DNA of 64,000 nucleotides from contig CM075993.1 of assembly GCA_038087875.1 (NCBI GenBank), positions 5,146,001-5,210,000 of the forward strand. The letters are read 5' to 3'. Below the pieces are notes generated by a model, which saw nothing but the letters and a program-made list of their open reading frames with translations, searched no databases and had not been told where the DNA came from. Source of the DNA: Malacoraja senta. Its lineage: Eukaryota. The translations under genes and the position numbers were made by a program. Below, piece after piece: positions 11,876 to 24,775 of this stretch (its first letter is position 1; every line of letters starts with the position of its first letter).

Positions 11876-14800
11876 AGTTTACACTTACTTGAATAAATAT
11901 GCCACAAAGCCTCATTTGCAATGTGATCATATTCTGGTCTGCACTGAATGCTAAATTAAAATGAATTGGAAATTATTCTCTATTCAATCATAGTTTAGTC
12001 AACGCCAATTAACAATAATAACAGTAATAATTAAAAGGATATTTCAAATAATGAATTGCATGTCAGAAAATATATTAAACTTAAATTCACTGTTTGAAAA
12101 ATACTTTGCATTTTGATAAATGGCATTTATACCTAAATCACTACGCAGACTATTTGTCAAACCATTTTAAAAAAGCTAATTAAAATTGATTTTTTCAGAG
12201 CTAAATATTAAATACAGTGAGCTGCAGCATCAGAAGAATGAGGTTAAGGGTGCCATGGTTACCACAATGGAAAGTTTATATAGATGAATATATGATTTCT
12301 GTGTCCTCAATACCAAATCCAGGATTACGGAAACATTGCATCAAGATCATTAATAGTCATAAATATTTCATAGGTTCTGGATTTTATTGATAGTTTTGTG
12401 TAGAACTCACAATTACAAGTTTGGTAATTTCTAAAGATCTGAGTGTCTATCTGAATGAACATTTAGGGTGGTCTTTAAGAACATTTGAAGAAGTTCAGGA
12501 ATGCTGTTTAGTTGGGCACAATTCTTGGAATTGAAGGCATGGCAAATAAAAAATTAAGTAGCTGACATTCTGTTCAGTAAGTCCACAGATGTCTTCTTTA
12601 TCTTTGAACCGGGAAATTTATTATTCAAGTTTTGCTCCAAGTTTTCAAAACCTATGCAATACACTAGTGAGCATGTGATGCAGGTTTTCAATGAGACGAT
12701 AATTTTCATGCTCATTTATTTAATGCCTAGATAAAGAAGGTGCATCATATCATAACACCATTTTTTACGGTCAAACTCCTTAATGGAGAGTAATTATTGA
12801 CCTGAGCCATTAAGTCAACTACACCAAGGCAAAATAATTCAAATTAATCTAGGTCATCGACTTGCAAGTGCCATAAATGATTATCTTCTTTACGTTTACT
12901 TAACCTGCTTATTTCACTTTCCAGAAATAACATGCATCTTTAAATTTTTAACAAGGAGTACATTATTTCTTGCATATTCTGTAATTTTGACATTTTCAAT
13001 TAAAATCAAGATAGAAACACATTGCACGCATTCATACTATAACTTTGCCATTAAATAATTCTATTAATAAAAAAATCTCAAAATAGACTTTCGTTCCAAA
13101 AATCTCTCAGATTTAAATTGTAATCAAAAATTCTACTTTTCCCTGATGTCAGACCCCATGGGTGTATTAGTGTAATTCTGTAATGGAGGGAAGATACATT
13201 TCCTGTAACATGCCTATAGATAAGTCACTTAGTCAAAAGCCCTCAATTGTCAGGAAGTGCTTCACATATCAAGTACTTTTCAGGAAATAGATTTGAATAA
13301 ATATTAGATGCAATCAATAAGGTCATGAGCCTTTTAAGCCTTTAAAGTACATCGGATGGGATCTATATGCACCAGAAATGTTCCAAAATATAATTTTGGC
13401 AAATGTGATGGCCTAACCAATGAATGGAAAGGTTCTCTGCTGGAGAGTCCAGTAACAAGAATAAAATCATTACAAATCCCTTAGTGGAACAATTGAAGGG
13501 TTCTATAAACAGATGTTGAACTTCCAACAAAAGGATTTTAATTGGTACAGTAATGGATTTCTCCATTATTCAGGTAAGAACATTCAGGGCAGTGCAGAAA
13601 GCATCAATGGTACAATGAAAATACATATTCAGTCTGCCCAGAAGCACTGGTATGCTTGAATTAGACCAAAACAAGAACAAGGTCGAATTTATTCTAGGTG
13701 GCTGCCCGACAGAAAGCTTTTATTCAGTAACAACCAACTCATCTATCAGTTTTATCTTTTATCATATTTCCAGCCTTGAAATGACCTGACAGAAATCAAT
13801 TTTCATGCCTATTTCTCAAATCTCGGTTATGGATTTGGTAAAGATGTGATAATCGCAGTAAAGTCGAAGGTTAGCAATAATTCACTTTCACTTCTGCTTT
13901 CAACAGTGGAACTGCATTTGTTACCCTTACGTTCACTAAATGACAGATGAAATCATTTGTTTCCATTCCTACTGTCCAGAAACATATGGAATGACATAAA
14001 ATGAACCATGATCAAGATCATTCTATTCTGGACAACACAGAGGATGACATTTTCTGGATAAAGGATCACATAAACAAACAGGAGAACCAATCAAAATTTC
14101 ATAAATGCTCTGCAGGAATGCTCTGCACTCATATAATGATTACAAAAAGATAATCTCATATCTTTAATTTAAAGATTTTGTTTCACCTTGTGCGCCGACA
14201 GTGCACCAGATTTTTCAAAATATCCTGACAAAGATTACATAGTTTATTCAACACATTTTCTATGCTTTGTACTTTAGACATGACTACAAATAAAAATAGA
14301 GAATGTGATAAGTAGTGCAAATAGACTTTTGGTTAGCTGAATACCTTTGTCTTAAATTAATCTACAAACCTTTGAGCCGGATCTAAATGACATAATCATA
14401 CTCGGACTCAAAAGTGACTTACATTTTATTCAGTGGTCTTCACAGCTAAACATCTTTAAAGGTAAGACAACAGCAACAAATTCAAAAATAGACACAGTAT
14501 AAATAAAACTTTGCAGTATTGCACAGAAACAAATGCAAATGTATTTAAATGTTAATGCATACATTATAAATGGCTCAAAGCTCTTGTACAGAAAATATTA
14601 AGCACAATGCACATGGACAATGCATACTGTCCATTTTCATTCATGACACCCATCATTTGTTCTATCACTGACCTCACAACTCAAATAGCCCCGATCTACA
14701 ATTCATTTCGCAGAGGACAGCAAAATATAAATGGTCAAAGTACTATTCAGTTAAGAATATGATGTCAAAATTGCAAGATCAGAGCCAACTCCTTAAATAT

Positions 14801-16227
14801 TTTAAAGACTAGATTCTTGACTACAGCAATTTCTCAAATATCAGGAAAAAGACTTTTGATAACATCGAAAATCAGCAGGGAAAAAAAATGCTGATCAATG
14901 ACAATTGAGAGCAGTAACTAAAGTGGCAATGTTTAAACTCTCAATTTAAATCTGAAGCAAAGATACAACAAATATTACAAACATACCTTCCACAATCCGT
15001 GTCCTGCGCTACATATCACAGCTGCTCAGTACAATGCACGAATAAAGTGCACTGTGTAATGGTAGCAGGAGATTCTCCCCAGTGATTCCAAGTGCCATTA
15101 AGCTTCACTCAGATGATGGATTTAATCAGTTAAGATTTTTAAAAATCTAGTCTAATTTCCTATGATTCCCTCTTAATCCCAATCACAGTTTTAAACGTTC
15201 TTATTAGTTTGTAAACTTTTGATGTGGTTTGAAAATTCCACCTTCAAAATATATTTTCTCATGGATCCAAGGGGACTTGCCAATCATAGAAAAGCTTTTA
15301 AAAGAAGCCGTTTTCATTAAATATTCAACAGTCGAAATTAAAGTAACAAGTATTAAAAACATGTCCATCTTTACTGCCTGACCAATCGTTGCGATTTTAT
15401 TTCCCTTTGTAAATATTTATCCAATTCAGGTGATTTATTTTATACCAATAATAACAAAAGTATTAGCTTGGCAACCAATATATTTACGTAAAAATGCTAA
15501 AATATAGATAACGTATCAGGCAGTTTACAGATACTAATAATCAAAGAAATCAGATTGTCTGTTGAAATGCCAATGGGATCAGATTTGAAATTCAGAACAT
15601 AACATGGACGAGATATATATTTACTTTTCCTTCTGAGGTCATCACATCAACTCGCTCATCAGTTGGCACAATTTAATCGAGTCATACAGAATGGAAATAT
15701 GCCACTCGGCTCACCATGTCCATGCCAGCTCGTGAGCACCAAACCATATTAATCCCATCTTTCAGCACTTAGCCCACAGCCTTCTACGCCGGGATGATTG
15801 ACATGCTTGAATAAACACTTGTTAAATAAAGTTAAATTGCTGGAAAATTTCATTCAAGTATGACCACTCAAATGTATAGATTTCCAGAGTGCATTTGAAA
15901 ATGCAATCTTCCAAATTATTTTCATCGCTTATTAATATTTGTGCTAGAAATTAAAGAATTACAAAATAATAATAATTTTCTTCTAATCCACTGCCAAAGG
16001 AAACTAAGAATTAAGAATATAACAGATAGCGGACAAGAACTGAAGCTTCCAAGCACCACTTGAATAAATTCAGAAACTAAACAACAGCCTTTGTAACCAT
16101 CAGCAATGTTTCACCCACACATTTTAGCAGCCAAAAAAAATTGGAACGGCATTAGAAACAGTAAACATTAATTCAGCATGACCCATCTCTACTGAATTGC
16201 ATCAAACAGTTGAGAGTGTACATTACT

Positions 16228-17092
16228 GGGTGGCACAGTGGTGCAGCCAGCAGAGTTGCTGTCTCACTGCTCTAATCCCAATCACAGTTTTGTCCTGAGG
16301 AAGGACATTATAGCCATAGAGGGAGTGCAGAGAAGGTTCACTAGACGGATTCCTGGGATGTCAGGACTTTCATATGAAGAAAGACTGGATAGACTTGGCT
16401 TATACTCGCTAGAATTTAGGAGATTGAGAGGGGATCTTATAGAAACGTACAAAATACTTATGGGGTTGGACAGGCTAGATGCAGGAAGATTGTTCCCGAT
16501 GTTGGGGAAGTCCAGGACAAGGGATCACAGCTTAAGGATAAGGGGGAAATCTTTTAGGACCGAGATGAGGAAAACATTTTTCACACAGAGAGTGGTGAAT
16601 CTCTGGAATTCTCTGCCACAGAAGGTAGTTGAGGCCAGTTCATTGGCTATATTTAAGAGGGAGATAGATGTGGCCCTTGTGGCTAAAGGGATCAGGGGGT
16701 ATGGAGAGAAGGCAGGTACGGGATACTGAGTTGGATGATCAGCCATGATCATATTGAATGGCGGTGCAGGCTCGAAGGGCCGAATGGTCTACTCCTGCAC
16801 CTATTTTCTATGTATCTATGTATCTATGTATCTATGTATCTAGTGACCATCAGTCCTGAACTTGAAGCATTACTTCTGTGTACTCATTCTCCATGTGACC
16901 GCCAGGTGCTCTCGTTCTCCCCCACATCCCCAAAATGTGCCAGTTTGTAGGTGAATTGGCCACAGTATAAATGAATGGTAGAATTTGGAAGGAGTTGCTT
17001 GGAAAGTGTGGTAGAATAAAATGGTCGGTGTGGACGAGGTGGGCCTGATTATCCACGACTCTAACTCTCTGCTGTTTATGCCGTACTGTATC
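16228..17092 (+). mobile_element. tRNA-derived V-SINE (HE1-like) split by a CR1 insertion
   Basis: Head ggtggcacagtggtgcagc...gctgtctcactgctc at 16228-16272; continuation with V-domain (cattctccatgtgacc...cccacatccccaaaatgtgc) from 16843. Confidence 0.7.
16295..16842 (+). mobile_element. Young 5'-truncated CR1 (HER1-like) LINE: ORF2 C-terminus plus 3'UTR
   Basis: Peptide EGVQRRFTRRIPGMSGLSYEERLDRLGLYSLEFRRLRGDLIETYKIL...FFTQRVVNLWNSLP is typical CR1 ORF2; 8-mer (tctatgta)n tail. Confidence 0.95.
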
Positions 17093-17111
17093 AAAATCAG
17101 AAAGCAAATGA

Positions 17112-17645
17112 CCTCCATCCAAGGACCTAAGCAGTCTTTCCAGGTGCGGCAGAGGTTCACCTGAACCTCTTCCACCCTCATCTATTGCATCCGCTGCTCT
17201 AGGTGTCAGCTGCTCTACATCGGTGAGACCGAGCGCAGGCTTGGCGATCGCTTCGCCCAACACCTCCGCTCAGTTCGCAATCACCAACCTGATCTCCCGG
17301 TGGCTCAGCACTTCAACTCCCCCTCCCATTGTGAATCCGGCCTTTCTGTCCTAGGCCACCTCCATGGCCAGAGTGAGTCCCACCGTAAATTGGAGGAGCA
17401 GCACCTCATATTTCCCTTGGGTAGTTTACACCCGAGCATTATGAACGTTGACCTCCAATTTCAGGTAGTCCTTGCTTTCTCCCTCTTTCCCCTCCCCAGC
17501 TCTCCCACAGCCCACTGTCTCCGCCTCTTCCTTTCTTCTTCCCCCCCCCATCAGTCTGAAGGGTCTCGACTCGAAGCATCACCCATTCCTTCGCTCCATA
17601 GATGCTGCCTCACCCGCTGAGTTTCTCCTGCATTTTTGTCTACCT
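17112..17645 (+). mobile_element. Penelope-like element 3' part: GIY-YIG endonuclease remnant plus pLTR
   Basis: Translates LIYCIRCSRCQLLYIGETERRLGDRFAQHLRSV...VAQHFNSPSH...KLEEQHLIF. Confidence 0.9.
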
Positions 17646-17696
17646 AAGATTAATTCTGCAATATTTTTTAAAGAAAAAAATCAGTTTTTACAGCAT

Positions 17697-17972
17697 GGAG
17701 GTGCAGCAGTAGTAGAGTTGCTGCCTTACAGCACTCAAGATCCGGGTTTGATCATGACTATGGGTTCTGTCTGTACAGAGTTTGTACATTCTCCCTGTGA
17801 CCGTGTGGGTTTCCACCAAGTGCGTCAGTTTTCTCCCACAATCCAAAGATGTGCAGGTTTGTAGGTTAATTAGTGTGTAGGATAGAATTGGTGTACGGGT
17901 AATCATTGATCGGTGCGGACTCGGTGGGCGGAAGGGCCCGCTTCCATACTGCATTTTTAATCTCTAAGTCTA
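17697..17972 (+). mobile_element. V-SINE (HE1-like)
   Basis: tRNA-like A/B boxes (ggtgcagcagtagtag, ccgggtttgatc), V-domain gagtttgtacattctccctgtgacc, CR1-like tail. Confidence 0.85.
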
Positions 17973-18859
17973 GCATCACTCAGCTGCCAATTGCTAAAGA
18001 TAGCATTAGATAAAAGGATAGCATCAATGACTCAATATATAACACTTTGTTCAGACGTGAAGCTGTTCTGCATCGATACGCTTAGGTATATAGAATATGT
18101 TAAACCGCAACATAAATTTCAATCCAATTTATCGGATTTAAACTTAAGCTTCCAATCTTTTTTTTGCGTATTAAGTCAAGATGTAATAACCTGATCTTTG
18201 CACCTTAATTAACCCAAATTACACCTTTTCTAATTAGGAATTGAGCTATTCAGGAAGGACATTGCAGACAAAAAAAAATGTTCTGCAAACAATACAAAGC
18301 TCCCCCCAGCCAAGAGTTTAAGTGGGTTTTAATCTGAAGTTTAAAACTGCTAACTTTCAATTTGGATATGCAAATTCCAATAATTAGGTACCACGAAAGA
18401 AAATACAAACTGATATGCTGAAAGTATGGTTTTTCTATTTGTGATACAATTTTTTTATGCCAAAGTCGTTTTGTCTTAATTTATCCTTTGTGCTTCCAAG
18501 CAAATGTGAGAGGAGAAACTGATACATTGCTTGCATTTGAAGGAGGAACATGCTGCACTTTCAGCCAGCTGCAGAAGATGGAAACTTATAAAATTATAAT
18601 TGAAGAAGTTGTTGCTATGGTGATATCAATCCCGATGGCGGAAAGTTAAAACTCATCGCAAGGGGGAAGGCTAATTCATGAGATGGGCACAACAATGATA
18701 TACCAGCAGGACATTAAGGAAAAAAAATTAGGTTGTGGATCATAGACAATATTGGACATTGCACAGCTTGCTCTTGCCTGGTTTTGATATTAATTGGAAA
18801 TCACCATGTCAGATCATATTGTTTGATCAATTTTGTATTATATTCATTAAAGATAATGT

Positions 18860-19295
18860 TAGAGTCATAGGGTCATACAGCACTGAAACAGGCCACCTGG
18901 CCCAACTCATTCATGGCAACCAGGATGCAAAGAGAATCCCATTTACCCGTGTTTAGACCATATCCCTCTAAACCATTCCTATCCATGTCCATGTTCAAAT
19001 GGTGTTATTGTATCTACCTCAACCTTCCTTTGGCAACAATTTCCATATGTGCCCTCTGTGTAAAAAGGTTGCCTCCGAGGTTCCTATTAAATCTTTCCCC
19101 TCTCATTTTAAACCTATGCCATTTAGCTCTTGATTCCCCTATCCAGGGATGCATTCACCTTATTTTTTTTCCATGATTTTGTACACCTCTATAAGATCAT
19201 CCCTCACTCTCTTGTGTTCCAAGGCAAAAAGCCTGCCCAACCTCCCAAAAGCTCAGGCCTTCAACTCCTTGCAACATCCTCGTAAATCTTCTCGG
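18860..19295 (-). mobile_element. CR1 3' fragment (older subfamily)
   Basis: Reverse-complement CR1 end (agagtcatagggtcatacagcac...acacctctataagatc). Confidence 0.75.
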
Positions 19296-19559
19296 AACCA
19301 TGTTGTATATCAGTAAATTAAAGCCTGCCCAAAGCATTTTTTTATTATTGTGGTTGCAGTAGTTTGGAGGTCAATTTTCCACTGTGGTATCACAGACAAT
19401 CTCTGTATCACAGCCTTCAGGTAACGGAATTTCACTCTTATAAATTATCTGCCAAAAATTCGATATATGGAATAAGATTTGTTGTCACAAATTAAAATTC
19501 TGTTCTAGGTTGGTACTTTATAGTTTGCCACAATAAATTTCAAATATTTCAATAACAGT

Positions 19560-19972
19560 GGAGGATTGGGGATGGATTTCTAAGCCAGGAGTGGCTTGGG
19601 GGACAACTTCCAGATGATGGTGTTGCTGACCTTGTCTTTCTAGCTGGCAGAGGTCTGAAGTTTAGAAGATGCTGCATAATGAGTCTTGGTGAGTTACTGC
19701 AGTGCATCATGTAGATGGTGCACAATGTTGTTACAGCGAGTCAGTGCTGGAATGAGTGAATGATTGTGGATAGACTAATATGTTCAGTATGGTAGAGCGT
19801 CTTGAGTTTTGTTGGAGCTCCACTCAGGCAAGTGGAGCTCATTCCATCACATACCCGTCTTGAGCCTTGAAGATGATGGATAGTCTTTGAGATTAAGGAG
19901 GCGAGTTACTGGGATTCTGAGCCTATGAGCTGCTCTTGTAGCCATATTGTGTTTATGGCTGCTCCAGTTCAG
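19560..19972 (-). mobile_element. Degenerate non-LTR retrotransposon (same type as 50945-53480)
   Basis: Shares gcagtgcatc..gtagatggtgcac and gtgagt...ggatacc/gggattc...agcct blocks with 51380-52720. Confidence 0.5.
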
Positions 19973-19974
19973 TT

Positions 19975-20502
19975 GGAGGAAGGACATCCTTGTGATTGAG
20001 GCAGTGCAGCGTAGATACACGAGATTGATCCCTGGGATGGCGGGACTGTCATACGAGGAAAGATTGAAAAGACTAGGCTTATATTCACTGGAGTTTAGAA
20101 GGATGAGGGGGAATCTTATAGAAACATATAAAATTATAAAAGGGCTGGACAAGCTAGATGCAGGAAAAATGTTCCCAATGTTGGGCGTGTCCAGAACCAG
20201 GGGCCACAGTCTTAGAATAAAGGGGAGGTCATTTAAGACCGAGGTGAGAAAACACTTTTTCACCAAGAGAGTTGTGAATTTATGGAATTCCCTGCCACAG
20301 AGGGCAGTGGAGGCCAAGTCACTGGATGGATTTAAGAGAGAGTTAGATAGAGCTTTAGGGGCTAGTGGAGTCAAGGGATATGGGGAGAAGGCAGGCACGG
20401 GTTATTGATAGGGGACGATCAGCCATGATCACAATGAATGGCGGTGCTGGCTCGAAGGGCCGAATGGTCTCCTCCTGCACCTATTTTCTATGTTTCTATG
20501 TT
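19975..20502 (+). mobile_element. CR1 LINE 3' fragment (second young subfamily)
   Basis: IEAVQRRYTRLIPGMAGLSYEERLKRLGLYSLEFRRMRG...VVNLWNSLP; (tttctatg)n tail. Confidence 0.95.
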
Positions 20503-22924
20503 TGTGCAGAATGCATAAGGAAGTTCAAAACAGGGGATAGCGATGGCAGAAAAGTGAAATATTAAATCCATGGCTGTTGCAAAACAATTCACCATGGCAA
20601 CAATACCCATGTAAAACAGATTGTACCTACTTTTCAAATCAATACTCAAAACACTGCCTGTGCATTCCCACCTTCAAGCTTATTATGTATGGTTACCAAA
20701 TTCAAGTGCACCAATTTCCTGTAGAATCTCTTCAAATATCTTTAGCAAATTATTATTTCTCTAATATTTGTTTAGCACACAACAAAATAAAAATATTTTA
20801 TATTTGGTGTAGCAAACATGTTGCAATCAATACAAGAGATTCATTTATAGCTCAGGCTGCAATACATCGAAATACAGTGAGAGGCTCACCATGTTCACCG
20901 ATCATTGAATTTATATCTACCTATGCATCTTAAAAGGGGGATTTAAGTTATGCCCCCTTATGAGTCTTCAATAAGAAAGGCCTACCCTTTTCTCTCAATC
21001 CTGACTTTAATACAACTGTTTGAATAGACAATCAGCACCTTGGTTTACTGACGTTGAAAGTAAGGTAGCTGTTCTGGCACCATTCAATCAGACGATCTAT
21101 CTCCCTCCTATGCTCCCACTCATCAGAGGAGTGGTAAACCAAATAGCACCCATCCCCATCAAAAACAGCTTCATTCAAGATAATCAATGATAACTAGGAA
21201 TGGGGAATGGGAACTTCCCAAATATTTTTCAATTTAATTATATGGAAAAACCCAAGAGATATCACAATGTTATAAAGAACTAGACCAACTCCCTGTCACA
21301 GGGGAGTCCTGGTCCCCCAATGCAATATTGCACCACTCACCCATAGCCTCCACGGGAGGAATGGTCCCCCAACACAACTCGTTCCCCAAGGCAATATTCC
21401 ACCACTCACTCGTTTCCCAAACTGGAGGGAATTATGTATCAGAAAATAAGTTAAAAACATGTTTCATATAAATCTTTCAGGCAAATTTGTCTATACTTAC
21501 ACTAATCTTCCATCTGGAACAAGATGACTTCTTGTAAAGATCTCAGATAAGACATCTGCGGAATGAAAGTACAGTCCTGAGTAAATGAAGGATGTCACCC
21601 AATTATTTAAATTATTGCGAGGATAATCTAAGTGAATACAATAGTACATTTCTAAAGAAATTTAGTTGTACTGGGTCATTAAAATCAAACATAAATGAGT
21701 GCAGAATGGGCACATAAAGATCTTCAGATTACAGGTTCGACCTCTAATTCAAATTGAACTTGATTCCACCAAACCAGTGGAAGGGAGCACAGAGATAATA
21801 TAAGACTTCAAGCTTGCTCCTCCATTCAAGCAGGATTGTGACTAATTCTAGACCTCATCTTCCTTCTTTCCAATTTTCATATCCTCTCATGCTCCTGGTG
21901 CCTCAGCTTTAACCAAACCATTGACCAGGATTACAGTGGTGCAGAATTGAAAAATTTTAGAAAGGAATTTCTCATCATCCAGGTCCTAAACAGCCAGACC
22001 CTTTTGTTACTGTATCCCTAGTTCTATGAATGTTCAGTTTCACCTCAATGTTCTGTGGGGCAGGACAGGAGTGATACTCCCTTTAAATAATTTGTGACAC
22101 TATATTTCTGAAGGCAATCCCAGCATATACATGTAAATCAGGTGACCAAAGACTTGCGTAGATGTAAAGACCATATGACCAAAGACTTAAGTAGATGTAA
22201 AATTAAATCTCTCAAATAAAATAAAGCAAAAATTTAGGATGCATGATCTTAAGTTGAAAAAGGAGCTATAATTTAGAAGACCAATTAACATTGTGGTTAA
22301 ATATTTCAGAATTGAATTTGTGATATGAATAATTTATTAAACATGGAAAACTAATTTTTATTTGAAAATGTTATAAATTTAACGCTTTATCTGGAAATAG
22401 TTAAAATCCAATTTAAAAACTCACCAACATGACAGGATTTTACACATTTAAAGTCATATTCATGCTTTTAATTCTGCCAAATGCACAGATTTTAACATGT
22501 GAAATTTTATTCTCCATTATTCCAAGTCTAGATATTAAAATAATTAATGTTTTAAACTAAAGTGAACAGAACAAGTCTGTGCAAGACCACCAGATGTTCA
22601 GAATCTCTTTCACAATTCAACAGTTAACAAATGATCTGAAAAACTATGCAAGCATTTGAAAATCTGAGGGACTAACTGGATTATCAGTTATTCATTTGAC
22701 TAATCCAGTGGATTTCCTCACATAAAGCAACAGTATAAGGGAAAGAAAGGCATACTTTAAGCCAATGGTGCCAAGCATTCTCATGTTTATAAATCATGTC
22801 GCTACGTTTAAAAAAAATGTTCAATCCACCATGTTGCACAAACTCACACACAAATCCAGCAACATCATTGGTATAGCAAAACTCAAAGTTACAGGAAACC
22901 AGTTTCTCCATCAGATAAACTGGT

Positions 22925-23244
22925 TTCCTGGGCCTCCTCCATGGCCAGAGTGAGGACCACCGTAAATTGGAGGAGCAGCATCTCATATTTCACTTGGGCA
23001 GTTTGCACCCCAGCAGTATGAACATTGACTTCTCTAATTTCAGGTAGTCCCTACTTTCTCCTCCCCTTCTCAGCTCTCCCTCAGCCCACTGGCTCCACCT
23101 CTTCCTTTCTTCTCTCCCCCCCCCCCCCCCACACCCCCACCCTCACATCAGTGTAAAGGAAGGGTTTCAACCCGAAACGTTGCCTATTTCCTTCGCTCCA
23201 TAGATGCTGCCTCACCCTCTGAGTTTCTCCAGCATTCTTGTCTA
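22925..23244 (+). mobile_element. Penelope endonuclease C-terminus plus pLTR
   Basis: Matches 17345-17640; tctccatcaga duplication at 22905-22915 and 23245-23255. Confidence 0.85.
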
Positions 23245-23890
23245 TCTCCATCAGAACAATTGAGTTATCAAAATTCAATTTACCATCTAACTAGAACACC
23301 TGTGGAAATTAGGCAAAAGCTAAATATTGCTTATCAACAAAGCCAAAGACTGGTCAAAGAAGTCGAAAATCAATCAGTATTTTGGAAAGAAAATGAAGCA
23401 ATACTACATAAAAGGGTCACACAGACAGAAAGACCTACTTCAAAGTTGGCAGGACAAATTTTTATAAATGCGGTTAGAAAAGTACTATATCTTTGGATGA
23501 ACAGAGAGAGCAAATTAAAAAGTGCTTTTAAACATTAATAAATCAATAGTTAGGCTTCATGTGCTGTACCATGTCCAACTTGGGCAAGAGAGGACATCAC
23601 ATAGCACCTCAACAGTCCTTTGGGGACATGGGAAGGGTTCAGGAATTTTGCACAGTCATAAAAAGGATGAGGGAATTGAAGGATGTTGACAGAATAGAAA
23701 AATTAACTAAATTCGTATAGCAAATAACAGACAGAAAATACAATTCCATTGGTATAAAAAAGGTTCATAAGCAGAGAATACTGATTTAAGGCACTGAGTG
23801 AAAGAATGAGAGGGAAGAGGAGGGAAATTGTTTGCCTTATGCAGTAAATTATAATCTACAATGCCAGGCTTGAAAGGCTAGTGAAAATAA

Positions 23891-24195
23891 AGGGCCTGTC
23901 CCACTGTACGAGGTAATTCAAGAGTTCCCCCGAGTTTCCCCTGATTCGAACTCGGAGAATTACGGTAATAGCTGTTCTTAGGTACTCGGGGCTCTCGTGG
24001 ACATTTTTCAGTGCTGAAAAAACGTAACGAGTTTCCACGTTTCCCGAGTACCTGCCGTTAGCATTACGAGCCGCTACGAGACATCCACGAGCTCCGACAT
24101 AGCCACTACGTACATTCTACGTACTTACCACGAGTTTGGGTTTTTTTTAAACTCGGGAGAGCTCTTGAATTACCTCGTACAGTGGGACGGGCCCT
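23891..24195. mobile_element. PIF/Harbinger-type MITE
   Basis: ~47-bp TIR agggcctgtcccactgtacgaggtaattcaagag...cccgagttt; TAA left, TTA right. Confidence 0.85.
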
Positions 24196-24329
24196 TTAAT
24201 TTATTAATGTTTACAACTTGAATTTAACATATACTTGAAATTGAAAAACAATATACTGTAGATAAAGGATAGGATGGAGTGAAGGGGCCTTTTAAGATGA
24301 AAGTGGAAGAGTGTGGTGGGCTAAATAGA

Positions 24330-24775
24330 ATATTGCGTGCAGTTCTGGTCACCACACAATAAGGAGGATGAGGTTGCACAGAGAAGATTCATTAGGATGT
24401 TGCTTGGAATGGAGGACTTTCATTGTGAGGGAGATTGGATAGGATGGGCTTGTTTTCCCCAAAGCAAAAGAGGTGGAGGGTGATGCAACAGAAGTATACA
24501 AGATTATGAGGCATAGATAGGGTAGATAGTCAGAATCATTTGCCCATTGTAAGTGGTCTAAAAACCAAGAGGATATAGATTTAAGCTGAGAGAAATGTTT
24601 TAATGGAGATCTGAAGGTTGTCTATTTAAGCAGTGTAGGTGATATCTTGAATGCACCACCGAGATGGTGGTGGAATTAGATACAAGTTCCTCATCTGAAA
24701 GGTATTAACACAGATACTTAAATAGGCAAGGCATAGGATATGGTCCCAATGAGATCAGTGTAGATGGGCAAACAG
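24330..24775 (+). mobile_element. Older CR1 ORF2 3' fragment, interrupted by L2
   Basis: attgcgtgcagttctggtcacc...agaagattcattaggatgttgcttgga; tail resumes at ~25605-25640. Confidence 0.75.

Noticed and set aside
16238-16729. 163-aa ORF as a host gene (also 19947-20408, 49461-49700, 55688-56095)
   Set aside because: CR1 ORF2 C-termini fused by chance to flanking DNA.
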